This document shows positions 55,441-64,000 of a DNA stretch of 64,000 bases, piece after piece. The notes under the pieces were generated by a model. It had not been told where the DNA came from. It ran no database searches and saw only the letters and a program-made list of their open reading frames with translations. The stretch is taken from positions 1 to 64,000 of the forward strand of contig CAXHJY010000913.1 of the NCBI GenBank assembly GCA_964016885.1, in the 5' to 3' direction. Position 1 is the first letter of the stretch. The number at the start of each line of letters is the position of its first letter. Made by a program: the position numbers and the translations under genes. Source of the stretch: Eledone cirrhosa (lineage: Eukaryota).

Positions 55441-55506
<66 letters not shown>

Positions 55507-55550
55507 TATACATATATATACATATATATATATACATATATATATACATA

Positions 55551-56030
55551 TATTTCTCTGGGACACCGTAGAGTCTTACAATCTTCCACAATGACTCTCG
55601 ATGAACACTGTCGAAAGCTTTCCTGAAGTCAATGTAGTTGACAACAAGTGACTTGTGGAACTCCCGACACTGTTCAATGATATTTCGGAGAGTGAAGATC
55701 TGCTCTGAACAAGACCTTCCACTGCGGAAGCCAGCCTGTTCGTCTCGAAGATGACGATCTACTTCAGCCGGTTCAGGATGACTGTGCAGAATATCTTCCC
55801 TGGCACTGATAGCAAAGTGATCCCTCTCCAGTTGTTGCAGTCGCTGAGACAGCCCTTCTTCAGTAGTGGTACAATCACTCCATTTCGCCAGTCCTACGGC
55901 ACTCCTCTTCTTGCCAAATCACATTGCATAAATGGGTGAGCTGCTCCTCTATTACATCTATTACATCTTTGCTCCTCTATTACATCTTTGCTCTTGATTG
56001 GCAAACTGCTTCCACTTCATCCTCCAGTTA
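55551..56030 (-). mobile_element. RTE-type LINE reverse transcriptase fragment, inverted
   Basis: Minus strand translates as [67 protein letters not shown], with stops and frameshifts. Confidence 0.92.
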
Positions 56031-56083
56031 GCTCTCTATAACGTGCAATGGCCATACTCGATAACGAGGGGGCAGCCATCATG

Positions 56084-56151
<68 letters not shown>

Positions 56152-56194
56152 TTCCTACAGATAAATGATTATACACTAACATAATATTCACTCA

Positions 56195-56774
56195 TATTGA
56201 CGATGGGGATGCTGAGGTGGATGTGCGCACAAGGCTGGGAAAAGCAGCGGCGGTCTTCCAGCGACTCCGTCCGGTATGGTCCAGGTGTTCCATCGGCAAC
56301 GCCGTCAAACTCCGTGTTTACATGTCCATTGTAGTACCAACAGCGATATATGCCTGTGAGACATGGAAGAGTACGGAAAGTGTATGTAACAAGCTTGATG
56401 TATTCCACCGTCGTTGCATTCGGACCATATTGAAAATTTCATGGAGAGACCAAGTTAGCAACGAGGAAGTGATGAGGAGGTCAGGATTGGAGAAGTTAAG
56501 GGACATTGTCCGGAAAAGGGGGACGGCCGTTCGCGGGCCACATCCTTCGTTTGCCGGCAGATCGAGCTGCTCATATTGCCATGGATTGGGTACCAGAAGG
56601 TGGCAGGGGGGAACGGGGAAGACTACGAAAAACATGGCGGAGCACATTCAGGGAGGACTTGCAGGAGATGGGAATTACCTGGAGAGGTGCTAGTAGGGCC
56701 GCCAGTGACATGATCAAGTGGAGGAAGCTCGTCGCCCAATGTTCCACAAGGGACTGGAGGAACTAAGACTAAGA
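56195..56774 (+). mobile_element. RTE-type LINE 3' end
   Basis: DVRTRLGKAAAVF..KLRVYMSIVVPTAIYACETW..LDVFHRRCIRTILKISWRD..FAGHILRLP..RGRLRKTWR, with an (ACTAAG)2 tail. Confidence 0.92.
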
Positions 56775-56789
56775 TATATACATATATAT

Positions 56790-56902
<113 letters not shown>

Positions 56903-57500
56903 CACGCATATCTTCACAACTATTAGCCTATATACTACACATCTATGATTTATTACAGACATAATTTGGTTTACATGCACATCTAACTCTTCTGTTAATC
57001 AAGTGAAAGACAAGAACTTGATTTAATTAAAGGAATAAAGTTGAGCAGTCACCTCGTCTGAAAGTTCACTAAAGCGTCAAGCAGCTAATCATAAATATAT
57101 GCACGAAAACATAAAACATATATACAGTTATATATGTATACGTATACATTTAAATATAGAGGAAGATATATAGGTATAAAGATAGATAAATATATAGATA
57201 CACATCACATTATATACGTTCATATTGTATAACATCCCTGTCTGATATAGATTACATTTATAACCATGTTTTATCCATGCCCCCCTTTTCTATAAAGGTC
57301 GGATCATATTCTTTATAAGGAACTAATGACAAACAGCCTCTTTTTCCGCCACATAACACGTTCAGAAATTTTTTTATTTCATCGAATTATCTTTGGCTTA
57401 TCGGGTAACAACCTACTTCACATTATCACAACATCTATGAACTTCAAATTTATTGGTCGACTAAATTTTATAGTTGCTCGCATATATATATATATATATA

Positions 57501-57744
57501 TAGGAACGAGTAGGACCCCGACGGCTGAGCTCAAGCCGTTTTGACGGCTAATTCTGGACTAAAAAAAAAAAAATTCTGGACTAAAAAATAAATTTTTTTC
57601 TTTTTTTAGTCCAGAATTAGCCGTCGAAACGGCTTGAGCTCAGCCGTCGGGGTCCTACTCGTTCCTATTACCCACTCTACTACCCTAAGTATTGAGTACT
57701 TTGGTGCGTTATGGTCCACCTGGTTCCTTACCACATTTCCTTCG

Positions 57745-57746
<2 letters not shown>
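57501..57746 (+). mobile_element. Second copy of the 54327 family, with fold-back and A/T-rich centre
   Basis: Arms about 57501-57567 and 57601-57669, with (TA)n on both sides. Confidence 0.75.
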
Positions 57747-57796
<50 letters not shown>

Positions 57797-57823
57797 TTAT
57801 ATATGTATATATATATATATATA

Positions 57824-57975
57824 TAGTGTTAGAAAGTAAAGGGACACAAACAAAAGATGGACATTTTTCCTTCATCAGTTGTCTAAATACGCTGAAAAAT
57901 CTGTGACCTGTAGTAGACAACTGATGAAGGAAAAATGTCCATCTTTTGTTTGTGTCCCTTTACTTTCTAACACTA
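57824..57975. mobile_element. About 62-bp-arm inverted repeat in (TA)n carrying CTGATGAAGG
   Basis: Arms 57824-57885 and 57914-57975. Only the 5' half of the HHR core is present. Confidence 0.65.
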
Positions 57976-57994
57976 TATATATATATATATATAA

Positions 57995-58050
<56 letters not shown>

Positions 58051-59039
58051 AAGAGAGTGAAGGACAGCGGCATGGTGAAAATATTTTTATTTACTCACAC
58101 ACTGTAACAAGTTTTTATTGAAGCGGGTACTAAGAGAGTGAGTGTGTGTATGTGAGATAGAAATAAAGTATTTTATGTGTTATGCTGCTCTTTTAAATCT
58201 GATGGCCATTTCTAATTAAATCATGTCAATTATCAAAGGACCAGCTAATTTATCATAAAACACATAAGAGCAATAGAAAATAATGAGAGAACATTACGTA
58301 TGAGATTTTGAGTCTCAAGATGCTGAAGGTATGTGTTAATGATCGATATTCTATGAGCAAATCTACCTCATTAAACAGTAATATCACTTTATAATACGAG
58401 CTTTAAGGTCCCATGGCTACATTGCATTCGGAAAATTAATTTCTTAGAAAGTCTATAAACTGTTTATAAATACCTCAGAAGACATGGCACATTAAACTAG
58501 GAGGTTATTTAGAGGTCCCAATTTCAATTCCTGTTTTTAACTATTTATTTCCTTACTGGTTCTCCCATTCTCTCAAATTTCATCATCAATAATCTTGAGG
58601 AAAATTCATCAAAATCAAAATAGCCGTTTCACCTTACCCTAAAGAAATGTATGAATGATTTTTGTTACAGATGTGACCGAGAAAAGAGGAAACTATTTCA
58701 ATGTTATAAGGTAGAATCGTTAGAATATCAGATAGAATGCTTCACATTATAGGTCTCGGCTTCTTGCATAGTTTAAAACCTGCATGCGTAAAAGTTGCCT
58801 TACATAATTGTTGTGGTCTATAAAGTACCTGTACCTTCCTGGGATAGACTCTCTTTAAGTAAAGGAGCTGATCGTAATATCGAACTATCGAATCTACGTT
58901 TCCATTATTGATGATATCTTGCCGGTCTTAAATCCTGCCAGAGGGTGGCTAGGATTTTAACTCAGAAATCACAGAGCACGATTAGACACTGCAAAGCACC
59001 CCATCCAGCTCATTAACTATTCTGTGCATAAACCTTCAT

Positions 59040-60420
59040 TGGACAGTTATTATATTCATCGATGCCGAAAGGATGGTGAAGACCAAAGTTAACCGCAGCA
59101 GGATTTGAACACAGGGAGTATTGAACCAGAATAAATGATGTGTAATTTAATACGAAACTCTGACGACTCTGCCAATTCGCCGTTTTCTTTATAAGTGTTC
59201 CCTCTATTAGTAGTAAGTGATGAGTGAGAGCTATTTTCCTTTTGAAACTAAACAGTTCTCGCGTTAAAAGTTCAAGTGGAAAATTAAAACGTTTATCGAC
59301 AGCTGGGTCGTTTGCTGACGTTTTCTCCACAGAAATATATTTACAAAGATACATCATACTTTAACCCACCAGACAGCAATACTCTCAACAGAACGATCAG
59401 CCCTCTCCCACCATTAACACCTATGCCCTACCCATCATATCCAGGTCTGTTCCAGCATTTAATGGCGACAGTAAACTAAAACAAATATAATATGAATCAG
59501 ACAAAACTGTCGAAAGAAATATATTAGACGGATACGTTTCTTTTGTAGTGTTGATCGTCATCGTTGTTGTTGTAGTAGTAGTAGCAGTAGTAGTTCTAGT
59601 TGTTGTTGTAGTGGTGGAGAAGCTACGAAACGGTAGAATCGTAAAATCTTCGACTTGAATGCTTCGCCGTATTCGTTCTGTCTCTCTGCGGTCAAATCTC
59701 TCCGAGTTAGTTTGTGAAATATATACCAGCCCAGTACTGGAGTCGATTCTTCATCTGTATTTCGTCCTCACACCCTCTCACTCTCTTTCTTTCTGTGGAA
59801 GAAATTAGCTATAGGCTGACTTGGAGAAGGATGGAGCGCCACCTTCGCGATATATGATTACGGTCCTTTTTGTTCTGAGTTCTAATCCCACCGAGGTCAA
59901 CTTTCCTTTTAACATATTCAGGGTTGATGAAGTAAAGTACCAGTCTAAAGTAAAGTACTAGAATCAATTTAATCGCCTTTCCCCTACCACAATAAAATAA
60001 AATATATATTTCTAGTTATGTGTCTAAATTAGGAATTATTGTCTATTGATTTATACTTTTGTGATGGTGGGGTGAATATTTCGTCATTCTTCCAGCGCCG
60101 TGTGCTTTCCTTGTCTAAAAACCAAAAACTTAAAAAATAAGAAAAGGAAAGGGGGGAAAAATGTGGATTGACAGATTAGATAAAGGGTCGGACATGGTGG
60201 CATCTTTTCATGTATCTTTGCATCGTGAGTTCAAATTCCACCGATGTCAACATTTTATCCTTCAAGAGTTGATGAAATAAAATAATATATTAGTTCAAAT
60301 TCCTCTGAGAAGATCATTATTTTTCATTCTTTAAGAAGTGTTAAAATGAAATACTAGTATCATTGTCTTTCCAACGTTCTTTCTAAATTCCTTGGCCTTC
60401 TGCTTAAATTATAAACACGT
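59040..60420. mobile_element. Cluster of old degraded SINE relics
   Basis: Degenerate B box and core motifs at about 59040-59190 (-), 59860-60040 (+) and 60160-60420 (+). Confidence 0.55.
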
Positions 60421-60989
60421 ATTTGTTGTTCGATATTGTTAATCTATCGTTGGTGTTGCCCGATTTTCATTGCCTGAATAAAATTAAGAAATAAATAAAA
60501 AAAAGTTTTAAAAAATATATAGAATACAAGAAAGGGGTGGGCGAGGAGAATATGAATGAAGAAAAAGAGAAGAAAACTATTTACCAAAAGTTCTTGACGT
60601 GTAAACATAAGAGTTCTGGCGGTTAAGACGTTTACCTTTGCGACGCCAGTGTTAATATATACAAGGGATAAACATTAACGTGTGTAATTGCTTAATAAAT
60701 TAAATGCACTGAGTTAGAGAATTGTATCGAAGGAGTCGCTTTATGTGGTTTCGTTATTCTAATGTGTTTGTTCAATTTAGGTTAAGCCTGCAAGGTATAT
60801 GGATAGATATACATACAGACATGAAGCTAGATAGATCGATAGATATAATTATTAGAGCTATGAATCTATATCAGTGGCACATACACATGTATCTTATAAT
60901 ATAGACTAAATCTATGTTCCACAAAACAGCAAAAACGGTTTAAAATATACATATTTACACTAATATATATATATATATATATATAATAT

Positions 60990-61118
60990 AACAAAGGAAT
61001 CGTGGTAAGGAACCAGATGGACCATAACGCACCAGAGTACTCAATACTTAGGGTAGTAGAGTGGGAAGTAGGAAAAAGTGTGACCCCAACGGCAGAGCTA
61101 TAGCCGTTTCGACGGCTA
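60990..61118 (-). mobile_element. Copy of the 54327 family without inversion
   Basis: Reverse complement of the same tail and of the GAAACGGCT motif, flanked by (TA)n. Confidence 0.7.
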
Positions 61119-61190
61119 TATATATGTATGTATGTATATATATATATGTATGTATGTATATGTATATATATATATGTATGTATATGTATG

Positions 61191-61223
<33 letters not shown>

Positions 61224-61260
61224 ATGTATGTATATATATATATATATATATATGTATATG

Positions 61261-61301
<41 letters not shown>

Positions 61302-61308
61302 ATGTATG

Positions 61309-61341
<33 letters not shown>

Positions 61342-61348
61342 ATGTATG

Positions 61349-61381
<33 letters not shown>

Positions 61382-61388
61382 ATGTATG

Positions 61389-61419
<31 letters not shown>

Positions 61420-61426
61420 ATGTATG

Positions 61427-61475
<49 letters not shown>

Positions 61476-61478
61476 ATG

Positions 61479-61533
<55 letters not shown>

Positions 61534-61763
61534 ATGTATGTATGTATGTATATATATATAGAGAGAAAGGGTATATATGTGTGTGTGTGTGCATACAAAT
61601 GAAATAATATACATGCATTCAAACAAATGCACACATACAAATTGACATATGCGTATATGTATGGATATATATACATACATATATTATAATATAGATGTAT
61701 TCCAACAAATACACAAGCACGCACATACAAATTGATATATATATGTGTGTGTGTATATATATA

Positions 61764-61805
<42 letters not shown>

Positions 61806-61872
61806 AAAGGCAAACAGAAATAACAAAACAAACTCAGAGTACAATGATGAAATGCATTATTAGTTTTGCGCT

Positions 61873-61933
<61 letters not shown>

Positions 61934-62153
61934 CAAATACGTAAATATTCCACATATATGAACATTTTAATGTTTCCTTTGTACCTAGAAGAGAGCACGT
62001 GCCAATATATCAACAAAAAGATTCTTTCTAAACAATGGACATGACCAGAGGGGACATTTGTATAAATAAAAACAAACACGTGTGAGAGACATGTATATAT
62101 ATATATATATATATATACAGTATATATGTATATATATATATATATATATTACA

Positions 62154-62218
<65 letters not shown>

Positions 62219-62280
62219 TATATATATATATATATACAGTATATATATATATATATACAGTATATATATATATATATACA

Positions 62281-62352
<72 letters not shown>

Positions 62353-62380
62353 TATATATATATATATATATATATATACA

Positions 62381-62432
<52 letters not shown>

Positions 62433-62456
62433 TATATATATATATATATATATACA

Positions 62457-62537
<81 letters not shown>

Positions 62538-62570
62538 CAGTATATATATATATTCTATTCTATTCGCTAT

Positions 62571-62639
<69 letters not shown>

Positions 62640-62640
62640 T
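61118..62640. repeat. (TA)n fields with periodic TG or CAG interruptions
   Basis: Direct reading (61118-61560 and 62090-62640). Confidence 0.92.
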
Positions 62641-62951
62641 GTATATATAATCTTAATGGCACTAGTATATATATATATATAATTTTAATGGCACTAGTAT
62701 ATATCTGTCAGTGTTGAGATGTCTCCCGATAGACATCAACTGCTGAAGTAAACATAGAAAACATAATTATCTCCCCTCAGGTTATATAACTATTATATAA
62801 TTGGTTTAAACTTGATGTCTTACATATGTCTATTTTTGTTAAATACCTACTTCCTTCACTTATCCCTGCCAATCTTACTGACCCCTAGAGATTCACAGCC
62901 CACATTCTTCACACACAAACACACATATATGTATATATATATATATATATG

Positions 62952-62982
<31 letters not shown>

Positions 62983-64000
62983 CCATTGTACCATACAAGC
63001 GCACACAAACAAAAATATATATTTATGTATGTAAAAATACATATATATATATATATATATACAATTGTGTGTGTATGTGTGTGCGTGCGTGTGTGTGTGT
63101 ATGCCTGCATGTGTTTGTGCATATACTACATGTCGTAAACACTCCACCATTTTTGTGTCTTGTCTTGTATGTGCTTCAGGGCATCTATGTTTGTGTGTAC
63201 GTATGTTATATATTCGTGTGTATTTGTGTATAACATCCTCTATAATTAAAAATTGTAGATATCAAGGCACGGTAGACTCCATAAGTGCATAGATTAGGTA
63301 TGTGCATAGAATCAGCATGTTGATTACTTTCAACCACGAAGACAAAAACAGAGATTTTGGACCATGTACTAGATGACTCCTGCTTATCAAATTAATATGG
63401 ATGTGGCTGAGTATTTCATATTCACATCTACTCATAACGTGGCCCTCGGGGAGATTCAGCATGACGCAATGTGTGACATGGCTAGCCCTTTGAAATACAA
63501 CTTATTTTTGCCACCTGAGTGGACTAGAGCAACGTTAAAAAGGATCGAACTGGTAATCTTTTGATCTTTATATCAACTCTCTAACCACTACGCTATGTAC
63601 TTTCACACATCTGTCACTCAAATAAAAAATGGATCACCCAAATAAAAAATTGATCCATCAAATAAAAAAATAGCAAATTGTGACTGAAGAAACGCCGGAC
63701 ACTCTGTCCAACTTTAAAACATTTGTAGACACGAAGACACGTACACACATACACATAGACATACACATACATGTGGAAAAAGAAAGAGCATGCATGCGTG
63801 AGTGTGTGTATGTTTGATCACGTGTGCATGTAAAAGAAACTGGATAAAAGGACAAAGAGATGTTCTGATGACATCTTAATGGTGCTTGCCAAAGATTTAT
63901 AAGTATTTTCACAAGAGAACTAATCTCATCGGGGAACAAAAAAATAAATAAATAAATAAAATATTATCCAGTCCACCACATGGCTCATTTTCCTTTTAAA

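Overview
AT-rich, microsatellite-dense metazoan intergenic or intronic DNA, probably cephalopod/octopus-like (an inference from the SINE type and repeat landscape). I found no credible host protein-coding gene: almost all listed ORFs are translations of (TA)n, (CA)n, (GAT)n or (CAC)n repeats. The window holds more than 15 copies of a tRNA-derived SINE, decayed RTE-type and RLE-type (CRE-like) LINE fragments, a 600-bp bipartite non-autonomous RTE derivative present as an inverted pair, and a 61-bp minisatellite. The main observation is a dense set of type I hammerhead ribozyme (HHR) motifs found by manual folding. Six have an intact core (9082-9192, 23095-23160, 25798-25843, 32189-32271, 47494-47544, 48925-48982) and about ten are partial or decayed. 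They belong to several sequence-unrelated short non-coding element families, most lying in or beside (TA)n microsatellites and many with fold-back inversions. This architecture matches the pseudo-LTRs of Penelope-like elements or retrozyme-like non-autonomous RNAs. Ribozyme activity was not tested.
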